Origin: Lingula anatina
Lineage: Eukaryota; Animalia; Brachiopoda
Reading direction: 5' to 3'
Assembly: GCA_051362555.1 (NCBI GenBank)
Contig: CM120644.1
Span: 22,838,534-22,902,533 of the forward strand
Length of the DNA stretch: 64,000 nt
The notes beneath the pieces are model-generated. The model saw only the letters and a program-made list of their open reading frames with translations, did not search any database and was not told where the DNA came from. Position numbers and translations under genes: made by a program. Of this stretch, positions 51,701 to 64,000 are shown piece by piece. The first letter of the stretch is position 1. The number at the start of each line of letters is the position of its first letter.

Positions 51701-54700
51701 AGGCGACCTATCCAGTATTAACGTGTGGGACCACGTCAACGTGAACATCACTGCCGCCGCTGACTGTAACGACACGCTCAGGGGAAACGTATTAGCGTGG
51801 GAAACTGTTGTCAAAGAGAGACACGGAGTCTACACCTATAACACAGATTTATGTAAATATAGCTGAGAGAGAGAGAGAGAGAGAGTGAGATAGAGTGAGA
51901 CGTGAAATATTTTCAATTACAAGTTTACCGTCCCAGACGCAAATATAACAGCAACTAACTCTTCTTATCAATTATCCATCGCGATGCTATTCGTCCCTTG
52001 GTTAAGGATAAAACTTGTATATGTATACAGTATACATTTTACCGTTAGCTGTATGACTGCTCTGCGTTCAAGCTTACTTAGTGATATTTCCCGTTAAATG
52101 CAGATTAAATCAAAATACAGAGATGGGTCACATATTGTCATTACATGTTATCCAATATTCATACTTCATATGTCTCTTAGCATCTTACATTTTCTTTTAC
52201 ATGTTAAGAACAAAGGTAACGAGGATCTACCGGTACTGTCTTTTATAGTAAGTTATATAGACTACAGGCTTACTTGAATATATATCAAACTTAAATTATT
52301 TAATTACTTATTTTAGGTCCCTTCTTAACTGAGTGGACGAATTGGGTAGACTGCAATGCCACGTGCGGCGAGGGCAACCAAATAAGGACTCGAAAATGTT
52401 TGCCAACCGGAAGTCTGTGTACCGGAAGTACCGTTGAGAAGCGTTTAGCTGTGACAAAACAAAGTAATTTAAATTTTAAGTCATTGATCAACTTATTTTT
52501 TAATAAGATGATACTTTGAAAAAAGGTACAGTAATAATATTGTAATTGTTTTTTCATTATTTAATTTCTGAAGATAAGTAAAGACGTTATTGCGTTGTAT
52601 AATTTTGGAACACCATTTGTTTCTTGTAAATTATTTCCTCTGCACCCTTAACCTTACACAGCCATTCAGAATGCATCTGATGCCTAAACGAATCTTCCAA
52701 ATAACTTACATGTTTTTATACTAACATTATGGAAGTCATCATTTCTGATGTATTTTATGAATTAAGTCTCGACAAGTGCAGATCTTTGGTAATGCTAATC
52801 AGCTGGGTATTGTACTTTATTGAGAATAAACAAATTCACATTTTTATCCTGAATATCTTCATGTAGATTTTTTATACCGGATATTGCACTTTATTAAAAA
52901 ATTCAGCTGCCTTCTTTATATTTTAAATATTTGCACACATATAGGCTAACCAAAAAGCAATATTTTCAGGGAGGGCCTCAGTGATCCGTTGGACAGCACC
53001 CCAGAGCATTAGCAAGTACGTGGAACTAACGCCAACCACACCAAGTATGACTGCGGTAACGGTCTGCTTCAGAATGAAGACCACGCTCGCCAAGGGGGAA
53101 ATATACGTCCTCTCGTACGCCACAACTTCGTATAAAAACGCCCTCTTGTTCGGGTACGACATGGCGGGATCTTTTATCGCCCTCGTGAATAATGTTAAGA
53201 AATACATACCTGTCCCAGGCTATGAAATCTTTGATGGCACGTGGCACCACTGGTGTTATACTTGGAACAAAAATGGCGGTAAATGGGCACTTTACATGGA
53301 CGGCAGACGGATATCATCGGGCGCTGGTTTAATGAATTATAGGACTGTACCTTCCAGTGAGTACCTATAACTATAGATTAACTTTTCAGCTAGTGTGAAC
53401 ACAAATGTTATATCTTAATATTTTATTTCTGTCGCAAATTTCACATTATGAATCAAATTGTTTAATGTTTGTCTATTTCAGTCGATTGTTTCATTTTCAT
53501 ACAAACATTTCACGTTCACCGATATCATACTCGATTGAAAACAACAAGACATTAATTAAAGATGCGAATGATTTTCTAGAAAGCATAAGGTTCAAATGTC
53601 TTCTTATAGGTGGAGTGTGGATAGTTGGACAAGATCAAGACACTGTTGGGGGCGGATTTCAAGTCTTTCAGTCATTTATCGGAGACTTGACCAGTATCAA
53701 TGTGTGGAATCACGACTCACTTAATCTCACTGAGGCACCAAACTGTGACGACACAATCAGGGGAAACGTCATAGCGTGGGATGACGTCACAAAGAAAACC
53801 CACCAAGTGACAACACATGAAGAAGATCTATGTGAGTATATAAGGAATTTAAAGGGAGTGAGAGAGATGAGACGCCAAAAAAACAACGTTGACTTAAAAT
53901 AAAATATTATGTCACATTATTTTAAGCATTGGTGATCGATTGTAAAGAGAATATGCTTGTTTTTTTGTGAAACAGGACGTTTCATTGATGTCACCCAGGC
54001 TCTTTGAATGAGTTACTGACTGTCATGCCTCATGGGAAATATGTTTTCATAGAAACGGTTTATAATATATTAACAATATTGAAAATGAAAATAAGTATTT
54101 CCAATGGCACACTCTTATTAAATTTTCATCGTGGTTTATGATCACTGTTCTGATGCTACCCGCAAGAAAATGCAGTAGTATCGAAGTAGCAAAGAAACAG
54201 TAACGCAGTAGTGGTGTGGAGCATATTTGCAGTAGAAATGCAGTATAGCCTACTGCAATTCTACTTCAAAAATTACATAGGGTTGTACAGAGGAGGAGCA
54301 TAAATGCAGTAGATTAGCAGCATGATAGAAGCATGTTTCAAATATGCTAATTAGCTCCCACATCGAATCAGATTTGAAGCATGTTCGCAGTATAATTGCA
54401 GTAGTCTACTGCGCTGGAGTATCTACTTCATTTTCGTGCGGGTACCGACAGGACAAGCCTATAAGACTTCCACGGTTATACAAAGACAGATGTTTGTCAA
54501 TTGTAACTGTGATTTTCATTTCTGGGTTATTTTTGAATTTGTAAACATTGAATAAGTTGGAATATTGTCACAAAATTGCTCAAAATGATGTCTAGTGTGA
54601 TACTTGCTTTCGCTTTTTCTTCTTATCGATTTTCTGTACACATTCCCTAAATAAATAAACACATAATAAAGCATTAAAGGTGAAACACATCTTTCAATTC

Positions 54701-57700
54701 CTGTACATTTTAGGTTCCTACTTGAGTGAGTGGTCAGATTGGTCGGATTGTGACGTCAGATGCGGCCATGACAACCAAAGGAGTCGAGAGTGCATGGATA
54801 TGAGCAAACAAAGTAATCTTGAATTTGTGTGTGATTGGTTTGCCACAGTGCCATTTTAGTCTGTTTTTAGAATTAAGTATAGGCAATAACATTGCACAAG
54901 TGTGGAAGCCCGTGAAATCAATGTGTGAATTCCAGTAAACTTTTTATTGTGGGTAGGGGCGACAGTTAACTCCTAGTGTTGTAAATCAGATTCAATGACA
55001 ATACCTGTGTCGTATAGTTCAATAATTTTGGAATCCATCTGAATCGAACAAATTTAGTTAATTTTCAGTGTCGTCGCTTATATACCTGAACTGGAACCGT
55101 AATACTGTAAACGACTTGAAAACATTAAAAAGTTCCACACATGCTCTTTTGTCGCAGTTGTCCAGTTAAGTATGTTCTGCTCCGAATTTCATTCAGTTTC
55201 GTCTGTCTTTAACTCTGAAGACGGTTAATACAAAAGGCACATACTATTTCCAGAGAGGGCATTGGTGGTTCATTGGCCGGCGCCTCAGACTACGCGTAAA
55301 TACGTCCAGCTTAGACCTGAGAAAGTTCCAATGTCTGCCATCACAGCCTGCTTGAGAGTTAAAACCACGCTCATGCCACGCATTGAAACGGGCATCCTGT
55401 CGTACGCTACCCCTGCGCACGATAATGCCTTCCTGTTTGGATACAATACAGCAGGAACACTTTTCTTCTACATCAATGGTCAAAGGAGAGTTAAAACTGT
55501 AGAGGGTTACCGGATTTTCGATGGCAATTGGCACCACTGGTGTATTAGTTGGAGCCAAAACGGTGGGAAATGGGCGGTGTTCGTTGACGGCAACCAAAAA
55601 GCATCCGGTTCTGGTTTTATGAGGAATAATGTCATCGATGCTAGTAAGAGCTGATCACATCGAAAAGTGGTAGTTTATTGGAAAGTCTAACACATGAAAG
55701 GCCTTCAGTCAGTTGTTTTTTATGTATAGAATCAGAGTTTGCTATGTGCAACATACCGTATAGGAGTTACATTCTGATTTTAATATAATTTTGTATAGTT
55801 GTATGACGTTTTTTTTTTTTAATTTTCAATAAAAGTCACTTACATTCATTAAGCTTTCAAATAAATAAAATCCGGAGATTTATGAAGAAATAAAGCAAAT
55901 GTGTCTTGTGTGTCTTGTTTCAGATGGCGCCTGGATACTTGGACAGGACCAGGATCATATTGGAGGCGGATTTCAGGCACAACAGTCCTTTTTAGGCGAC
56001 ATATCCAGTGTTAATGTGTGGAACCATGACTCTGTCGACGTCACCGCCGCGGCAAACTGTGACGACACCATCAGAGGAAACGTCATAGCATGGGAGACTG
56101 TGGCCAAAAAGAGCTCTAGAGTATTGAAGTATACAGCGGATCTCTGTGAGTATGAGAAGAGAGAGATGGAGGGGAAGACGATAATCTTTGTTGAAAATAA
56201 AACATTCAAAAATCAAGGCCAATATATTTCAGTTCAGAAGCATATATAAATGTTGCGTATGCTAGTTCCTGGTCCTCGATATCTTATATATAGGAATTCG
56301 CATCTCGGTCCTATTGCCGTTTTACGTTTCAGTCATTCCAACATATGGACCGTCCTGCTTATCTGTTATTTTAAATTCTCTACAATGACTATCATTCAGT
56401 GTTGGACTGGCTTGTATTTAGGTCCCGACACAAGTAATTACCTGACGGGCTCCGCTTGTGACGTCCCGTGCTCCAAAATCAACCAAACAAGGACCCGAGA
56501 ATGTTTGCCATCTGGAGCGGTGTGTACCGGAAATACCATAGAGAAGCGGGGACCTTGTGCGTGAAAGACTTTGGTTATGTCTATCTCTATATAAACCACA
56601 ATATAATTGAATAAGCTTTTGTATAAATTAAAATACTGAAATTGTACAACATTTATATTAAGATGACGTCACATCTCGTTGATGTGAGTGTATTATTTTG
56701 ATTGAACGCGCCCTTACTTCTCGTTAATAAATGTATTTTACTGGATTTGAATATAATATTAATCCAACCGAGGATATTTAGATGGAACTGTCATTGTAAA
56801 CAATTAGGGACCAATCCCAGACCCTATATGTGGATCGATTAATATCTAAGGGGTTTCTCGCTAAATTTATTTCAACTTAGATGACTGGCACGCCTACTGA
56901 AGCTGCAAGGGGGTAATTATTTATCGCTTAGTAGCTTCAGTAGGCGTGTCAGACATCTAAGTCGCTTTAGCTAAAAGCAATTTAGCAAAAAAAAAAAAAA
57001 AAAAAAAACTGGGAAATGGATCAATCCTGCTTGATCGATCTAGTATGAGAACGGGATCTTATTGTTATCATTTATGTTCCTCCTGCTCATGTTAGGTCCC
57101 TATTTAACTATGTGGAGCGAGTGGACAGACTGCGACGCCACATGCGGTGAAGGAAACCAAAGAAGGACACGGGAGTGCCTACCATCCGGAAGTGTGTGTG
57201 TCGGAAGCACTGTTGAGGAGCGTTTGGCTGTGATAAAGCAAAGTAATTTTATTACATTGTTGCTCATATTTAAGACAGTGTATATTTGTTTTGATAAGCC
57301 TCCCAGTATAAGAAGACGGAATTGATTTTGGTCGCTTGTTAGTTTCCTACAACTGATTCATTTACCTTATCTATTCAATTATGTAGCACGAAGAGGTAAA
57401 ATTATTCATATCCATATATTACTGTATGTGGAAATGTGTCATGCTTATTAAGAACAGATAAATTCAGGATTCAGTATGTTTGCCTTTGAGAATTAAACAT
57501 CCATGAAGGCTCAGCATGGCAAAATATATCGTTTTCAGGGATGGCCTCAGTGATTCGTTGGACAGCTCCCCAGAGTATTGGCAAGTACGTGGAACTCACG
57601 CCAACCACACCACGTATGACTGCCGTAACAGTTTGCTTCAGAATGAAGACTACCCTCGCCAAAGGGGAAATATACGTCCTCTCGTACGCCACACCTTCGT

Positions 57701-58504
57701 ACAAAAACGCACTCTTGTTCGGGTACGATATGGCGGGGTCTTTTATAGCCCTCATAAATGATGCCAAGGAATATATACCAGTTCCAGGCTATGAGATATT
57801 TGATGGCACTTGGCACCACTGGTGTTTTACTTGGAACAAGCGTGGCGGTAAATGGGTGCTTTACATGGACGGCAGACGGATATCATCAGGCACTAGTTTT
57901 ATGAGTTATAGGACCATACCAGCTAGTGAGTATTTGTAAACATCCGTTGATTTATGCGCTATGTTGGCAACGTGGCAAGTGTTTCTTGGTCTTTCTAAAG
58001 CAGGTTATATTTAAGAAACATTAAATAGCGTTATTTTAGAAAACGCATTCATTGAAAATCACGCCAATGGCCATTAACTATACAGATCATGATATTGTTC
58101 GGTAAACGATTCAAACTCAATTTGGTTCACATTTGATAGTGAACATCTTATTAAAAAAAAAAGTACGTATGCAGTAATTCAATTCAAATTCATCAGAGGT
58201 CAGATGCAAATAATTTCATCAACAAGTGTAATTCGAACCATATCTTCTTTTAGATGGAATGTGGATAGTTGGACAAGATCAAGACACAGTCGGGGGCGGA
58301 TTTCAAGTCTTTCAGTCATTTATAGGAGACATGACCAGTATCAATGTGTGGAATCACGACTCCCTTAATCTCACTGAGGCATCAAACTGTGACGACACAA
58401 TCAGGGGAAACGTCATAGCATGGGATGACGTCACAAAGAAAACCCACCAGGTGACAACACATCAAGCCGATCTATGTGAGTAAAAGAGAAGAAGAGCAAA
58501 GTGT

Positions 58505-58542
<38 letters not shown>

Positions 58543-60667
58543 TCTTTATTTTAGTTCCTCTTAAGTCTCGAATATAATATCCATATCAGTACAATTTTAA
58601 AACGTTTTTTTTATTTTATTTCCCATCGTGGTACATCCGAATATTATTTCCATACATGTATAAGTCAAACATCTCTAGATTAGTACATACTTTTATTTGA
58701 AGTCCTTTGTTTCACTTTCAAATGTGCTTGCTCGTATTCCATGTATTCCTTTGAAGTGTTTAAATTAGTAATACAAACTAGAATGTAAGAGTTCTATGAC
58801 TGACTATTACCTTTTACCTATATCAGATTGACTAAATTGATAGTCACATAAAGCTTGGGAATATCTTCTCGTCTAGGTTCCTACCTTAGTGAGTGGTCAG
58901 ACTGGTCTGATTGTGAGGTCACGTGTGATGATAGCAACCAGAAAAGGAGCCGCGAATGTCTAGCCATGAAGCAGAAAAGTAATTGTTAAATGGCTGTTTT
59001 GGGTTCATGTGCTGACTGACAAGTTTGGTGACGATGTAAGAAGTTGGTAAAATGATGGCGCGAAACAGTTGATTACAGTTTTATTCATTACAGCACAAAC
59101 CTGTTCATGCACAAAACGAGTGTGTTTTCTCGTCCTTAAAGAGGTATACAAAGTCAATTTTTTGTCACAAAAACCAACCAAATGCCCGAATATAGTCTCA
59201 AGTAGTATAACTAAGATAATTACCAAAAGGCATTGTTTAATTTTACCCAAAAATGATGTTTGAACAGATTTTTCTGCTGGCATTCTAAGCTGTATGTCAA
59301 TGGGGCAGGAAAGTAGGTCACGGAAGTAGGTTAAATTTACAACCATAAATTTGAAGAAAAGAGCAGTCTAAAGGTCTTTTATGGCTGATCGAGTGATCTA
59401 TTCAGTTTATCTCTTGGCATGTCGAATTTATTTGAGTAATATAAGATTCTAGTAGAAGTGCTTTACATGTGTTCCTGGGAATCCACACTCCACCGATGCT
59501 CGGTTCGTATGTACCTTTAACATACCAGGCACATCTCCTGAAACATTCTAATCTTATAACCACATCTCTTTAACTTCTTATATCATACTTTATTCCTTTC
59601 CTTTATGTTTGCGGCGCTCCCCTACAGATCCACACGCATTCTTAAGATACTTTTAAATAATACTCATTTATGTGCAAACGATTATAAAAACTTTTCCAAT
59701 CCAATGCAAATAGTTACATACAACTGCTTTTTTTAAGCTTGTAGATTTATGAACATCAACTGTTACAAACTACAAACATATTTCCAGAGAAGACATCAGT
59801 GGCGTATTGGTCACCACCTCAGAGCACTCGAAGATACCTTCAGCTTAGACCAGAGAAAGTTCTGATGTCTGCCATCACTGCTTGTTTGAGAATCAAGACC
59901 ACCCTCACCTCGGGAACAACATGTATCCTTTCTTACGCCACACCTGAGTACGATAACACCTTCCTGTTTGAGTATCATTCAGAGGGAACCATTGGTGTCT
60001 ATGTTAACGGTGAAAGAAAAATCATCCCTATCCCAGGCTATCAGATCTTCGATGGTGTCTGGCACCACTGGTGTTTTACATGGAAGAGGCGTGGAGGGAA
60101 ATGGGCACTGTATGTGGATGGCGAGAGAAAGGCAGCAGGCTCTGGTTTTGTGAGATATAAAACTATGCCAGCTGGTACGGGTCATTTACCATTGATAAAG
60201 AAGTTTAGATATGTGATTAAAGAACTGCTTTCATTGCTTTCTGAAGCAATTATAGTACTTAATAAAATATAATAAGATTGATTGTATCGATAACGTTTTT
60301 GCATTCAGGAATTCTTTACTATGACACATTTTATGAGTGCTTTTCACCAAAAAACACTAATATATATATTTCATGATCACATAATATGATGGAAAATTGT
60401 ATCCATAAAATGAGGGTTAAAGAAAACGTGCCTGAATTGTTTCAGATGGAGTGTGGATAGTTGGACAGGACCAGGATAAAGTTGGGGGCGGGTTCCAAGC
60501 CGAGCAATCATTTCTGGGCCATTTGAGCAGTGTCAATGTGTGGGACCACACTGACGTTAACATTAATGCCGCGGCTAACTGTGACGACACAATCGGTGGA
60601 AACGTCATATCATGGAATAACGTCACCATAGTGAACCATGGGGTGCCCACGTATGGCGCAGATCTGT
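37595..60667 (+). CDS. Chimeric secreted protein: signal peptide + LRP1-like EGF/YWTD propellers x3 + (pentraxin-TSP1)n, at least 5 pentraxin domains; 3' end of long form not seen
   Basis: Exons 37595-37649, 38827-38952, 39452-39643, 40411-40615, 40871-41044, 41991-42138, 42499-42595, 42881-43006, 43374-43604, 44528-44702, 45054-45181, 45562-45858, 46242-46379, [46768-46905 and/or 47424-47549], 47880-48014, 48723-48852, 49366-49647, 50009-50145, 50544-50648, 50996-51394, 51631-51852, 52317-52463, 52970-53356, 53610-53831, 54714-54812, 55254-55643, 55924-56145, [terminal 56422-56564 or] 57096-57242, 57539-57925, 58254-58475, 58877-58978, 59788-60174, 60446-60667. All are GT-AG, phase-compatible and stop-free. 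Confidence 0.8.
41835..41896. repeat. Perfect 30-bp-arm hairpin in an intron
   Basis: atatcacacttataataaatatcattcttt-aa-aaagaatgatatttattataagtgtgatat, preceded by a 20-bp tandem duplication at 41801-41840. Confidence 0.85.
43752..43926. mobile_element. hAT-like MITE
   Basis: cagtggcgg...ggacccgcccctg with a 7/8 TSD cctgtact/cctttact. Confidence 0.65.
48129..48445. mobile_element. MITE with ~100-bp TIRs and a 5-bp TSD
   Basis: caggcctacccaact...agttgggtaggcctg with GTAAT on both sides. Confidence 0.85.
54159..54442. mobile_element. MITE with CCC termini and TA TSD
   Basis: cccgcaagaaaatgcagtag...ctacttcattttcgtgcggg flanked by TA, with internal gcagtag repeats. Confidence 0.7.
56807..57058. 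mobile_element. Harbinger-like MITE (TTA TSD)
   Basis: TTA flanks and an internal hairpin ttagatg..tg.cacgcctactgaagct/agcttcagtaggcgtg.ca.acatctaa. Similar to the copies at 18873 and 63819. Confidence 0.65.
59140..59516. mobile_element. Kolobok-like (TTAA) MITE, copy 2
   Basis: Same length as 21072-21448 and highly similar to it, with TTAA flanks. Confidence 0.75.
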
Positions 60668-60715
60668 GTAAGTGTGTGTGTGTGTGTGTGTCTGTGTGCT
60701 CTTGTGCACGCATTC

Positions 60716-61010
60716 TAACCGAGGACACACACCCGCCCGAAACCCACTAACCGAGGACACACCTCCAACCGAGGACGTCCTCGGTTGACATAAGCAGTGG
60801 AATGCATAAAGGGGCCCATTTCAAGTTAGGTGGTGAAATTTGACGCTATTCTGAGCCAGTCCTCGGTTATGCTGTATAGCGCGGGCCAAATTCCCGCCAC
60901 GAGTGTATCAGAAATACTGTCCAACTTTTTGTCTGAAATCGGGCTATACACACGCGTCCTCGGTTGTGCTGTAAAGGGCGGACCAAATTCCGCGTCCTCG
61001 GTTGTGCTGT
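60716..61010. repeat. Cluster of direct and inverted aaccgaggac motifs (transposon-like subterminal repeats)
   Basis: aaccgaggac x3 followed by gtcctcggtt x4. Confidence 0.5.
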
Positions 61011-61872
61011 AAAGGGCAGACTAAACTGAAACTAATGTTATATCTCAGATGTCTATATATTCAGTAAGTTCATATTTTTAAACTAAAGGTCTTTTTTATC
61101 AAATTAAGCTCTCCTACTCTGAAGTATCAAATAAACGTACCGGTACGTTAATTAATTTTCCAAATTTCTTCCCGCCGGTACGCTCCATTTTCACCCAGTA
61201 GCCTACGCTTATTAATTTTTCAAAAATCTTCCACCCGGTATGTTTATTAAATACCTATTGTACCGGTGGGAAATTACACAAGTACAAGTCACGCTTTTTA
61301 TTTTCTTAAATTGAAGTATAATGAGAAGAAAATCGAGATCTCAACTCATTACCTACTGTTCCACAAACAGCACTGGAAAGTAGGTCAAGCGGAAGTCGCT
61401 CTCTGAACACAACAGTACATGCGTCACCTGATTTCAGTTTCTATAAATAGACGTGCTTTCCCTTCAGCAGTGACAACTACTCATGTATATCAATCGAATG
61501 ATGCAATGTCGCAAGGTGATAGGATCATATTTATAGCTAAGGAGGTCATTTCAAGTGCAGCAAAGAAGTTGTGTCTGTTTTCAAACGTCAATTATTTCAT
61601 GCCGATTTATGATTTAAACGATGTTAAATCACATTTCTATGTAAGATAAACCCTTAGGAGTTTACAGGTATGCAAAACGAACCTTATATCTGAGAATAAA
61701 TTTACTAGTATGAACCGTATGGCTCTCGGAGGCGGCTTAGGTGCGATATATCTGGGTCTTCGGCCCCTGACAATTATGAAATTTAACTCATCCCGTTTTT
61801 AAGATAAATTTTAATACTGAGTGAATTTTACCTGGTGAATTTTTTTTTTTTTTTACAATGATCAATAGCTAG

Positions 61873-62290
61873 CTTTTTATGTACAGACACAGATGTGTCT
61901 GTACATATAGCCGTCATCTGTGTCTGTCGTCGCCGTCGCTGTCGCCGCCGTCGCCGTGCACTTTTACCGATAACACGATAAGTGGAAAACTGTTTTTTCT
62001 TTTGGCTTGAAACTTACAGAACTGATGAATATTCGTAATACGCAGGTCAAGTTCGAAAATCAGCATGATCGGGTCACTTATAGGGAATTTATGCTGTTTT
62101 TTCCACTTTTTTCAGCATATATGCAGCACCGATAACACGATAAGTGGAAAACCATTTTACCTTTTGGTTTCAAACTTACAGAACTGATGAATATTCATAA
62201 TACGCAGGTCAAGTTTGAAAATCAGCGTGATTGGGTCATTTTTAGGGAAGTAATGCTGTTTTTCACTTTTTTCAGCATGTATGCAACACC
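61873..62290 (+). mobile_element. Helentron/DINE-like non-autonomous element end with a 162-bp tandem repeat
   Basis: ttttta-tgtacagacac/gtgtctgtaca hairpin, then a (GTC/GCC)n microsatellite, then a unit starting accgataacacgataagtggaaaac at 61966 and 62128. The right boundary is not defined. Confidence 0.5.
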
Positions 62291-63653
62291 TTTGTGCTAT
62301 ATGATGGTACTGTATGGATGGCAGTCTATAAAATTGTCCCTTGGGTGATCACTAATTAAATTAATGTCTATAAAGTCACTTGCCTACTCATTAATTTTCA
62401 ATTGGCCATTAAATGAGATTACATAAAACACTCCTTGAGATTTCCCTGTAAAGTCCCATAGGTTTAGCTCTCTTAACTGTGTCACAAAATTAGGATTTGG
62501 TGATAATTGTGCAGATAAATGGTGTTAAACATTGCAAATAAATTTACAACAAAAAGAATGTGTTATGCCAACATGCTATAGATGAATAACAGTGCTTTAT
62601 TTTTCTCAAACTTGGTGGGGTTATTAATATCAAGTTAATACAGCTAGATTAAAAGTTTGAATAGCAGCTTTATTGGAATTTTTTACTTTTTTTTTTAAAT
62701 TTTTTTTAAATTATTTTTCAAACACTAGCATCTTCAAGATGTGATTTTTTACTCCCATCCACCAGAAGTGCTGTGCATTTTCTGTATTTTTGTATATAAT
62801 TGTTATTTCTTCAGATTTAATTCTTAGGCATGTTAACAGTGTCATTATGGAACTAATAAGATATGTAAAAGTGTTGTTTTGACATTTTCTGCTTCTTAAC
62901 AATATTGTTGATTATATAAAAATGACGGTAAACCTGTTATAATATTGTGCATTGTGTAATAAAGTATCATAAATGGAAAGGAACTCATCATTGCAGTTTG
63001 TCAGATTTAATCATTCACTATGTTCAGCATCTGCAAATGGAGCAAATTGGACATTGAAAATTGTTCTATTGATAGTTTTCCTATGTCAACAATTTTCCTA
63101 GTTGAACATTTAAAAATGACAGTTTATTGATCATTTTGTTTTAAAAAAGGTGTTGAAAATGGAAAGAAAATCATTTCAGTACAGTTATCTCTTGTTTACA
63201 TTTTGGCATTTTGAAAGTGTGACTCTGAACTTCCATGGCCTTGAAGACCTTCCCAAATCACATTTTCTGAATATTCATGATACTTTTATTTTTTTATAAA
63301 AAATTTGATGTTCATTATGCTGTTAAGTATTATGGTTTATTGCATGAAAGTTGAAGAAAACCCTATTTTGGACACTGCTGCCAGGATAGCGGTTAAGGGA
63401 AAACCATGTTACTCACGATACTGAAACTTACTGAAAAGTTTCGTAAGTCAGAAGTGCAGCTTGTGTTTAAAAGCCAGTGTGATTGTTTTCTGTTTTGGAG
63501 GCAATGCAGGTTTATAGAGTGCTATACTGGCATTTTCAAGTCGTGACTTATCACTCCCATCTGCCAGGAGCCCTGTACTCTTACTTTGTAACATTTTCTG
63601 TATTTTGTTAAGTTACAAGAATGATTCTTAGGATTGACATACAGCAAAAAAAA

Positions 63654-63729
<76 letters not shown>

Positions 63730-63818
63730 TGAGTTTAAGCAATTTTTTTTGTGTTTAATTTTCACTGTACCTCATTCTGGCATTTCCAAAGTTTAACTCT
63801 TATCAGCCTGACAACTTA

Positions 63819-64000
63819 GGGACTATTTCCAGACCCTATCATGCTAACTGTGGATCGATCTATCTCCATGGGAATTCTCGCTAAATTGCAATCAATGTAA
63901 GTGGCTTAGTTGTCTGTCACGCCTACTGAAACTGGCATGCCAGAATCCTAAGACTCTCAAACTGAAAGCAATTTAGTGAGAAACCCCTTGGAGTTGGATT
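63819..64000. mobile_element. Harbinger-like MITE, runs off the window end
   Basis: Starts tta-gggactatttccagaccctatc and is similar to the copies at 18873 and 56807. Confidence 0.6.

Larger units (their letters stand above)
50996..60667 (+). other. Tandem pentraxin/TSP1 array (5 two-exon PTX domains, 4 internal plus 1 terminal TSP1-like exons)
   Basis: Each PTX has T(A/V)C.R.KT, LS(Y/H)AT...N, WHHWC.(T/S)W....G.W, GQDQD...G.F and GNV..W. Internal TSP exons have W..W.DC...C and R.R.C. Confidence 0.9.

Noticed and set aside
60668-60750. Read-through C-terminus KCVCVCV.. after PTX5
   Set aside because: It is a (GT)n microsatellite after a canonical gtaagt donor at the same position as in the other PTX exons.

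Overview
AT-rich genomic DNA of an invertebrate animal, with GT-AG spliced genes, microsatellites and many MITEs. Most entries in the ORF track are spurious or single exons. Four + strand protein-coding genes can be built by hand. (1) A 13-exon clan-3 cytochrome P450 (<1-6802). (2) An intronless secreted 134-aa Cys-rich protein (20573-20977). (3) A secreted stand-alone VWD-domain protein (31282-33219). (4) A very large chimeric gene (37595->60667): a short signal-peptide exon and LRP1-like EGF/YWTD beta-propellers 3-5, without any LDL-A repeats, spliced in frame to an array of at least 5 pentraxin domains separated by truncated TSP1 repeats. It also has a duplicated internal exon and an alternative terminal exon, and is the best candidate for an undescribed system. 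Non-coding highlights are several type-I hammerhead-ribozyme motifs of the Penelope-like kind (one a G3-C8 compensatory variant), a tRNA-Asn cut off within its A box, and an inverted CYP last-exon relic split by a Harbinger MITE. Also present are a non-autonomous P-like element, Gypsy, Penelope and LINE remnants, and hAT-, Harbinger- and Kolobok-like MITEs. All coordinates and homologies were read by eye; no searches were run.
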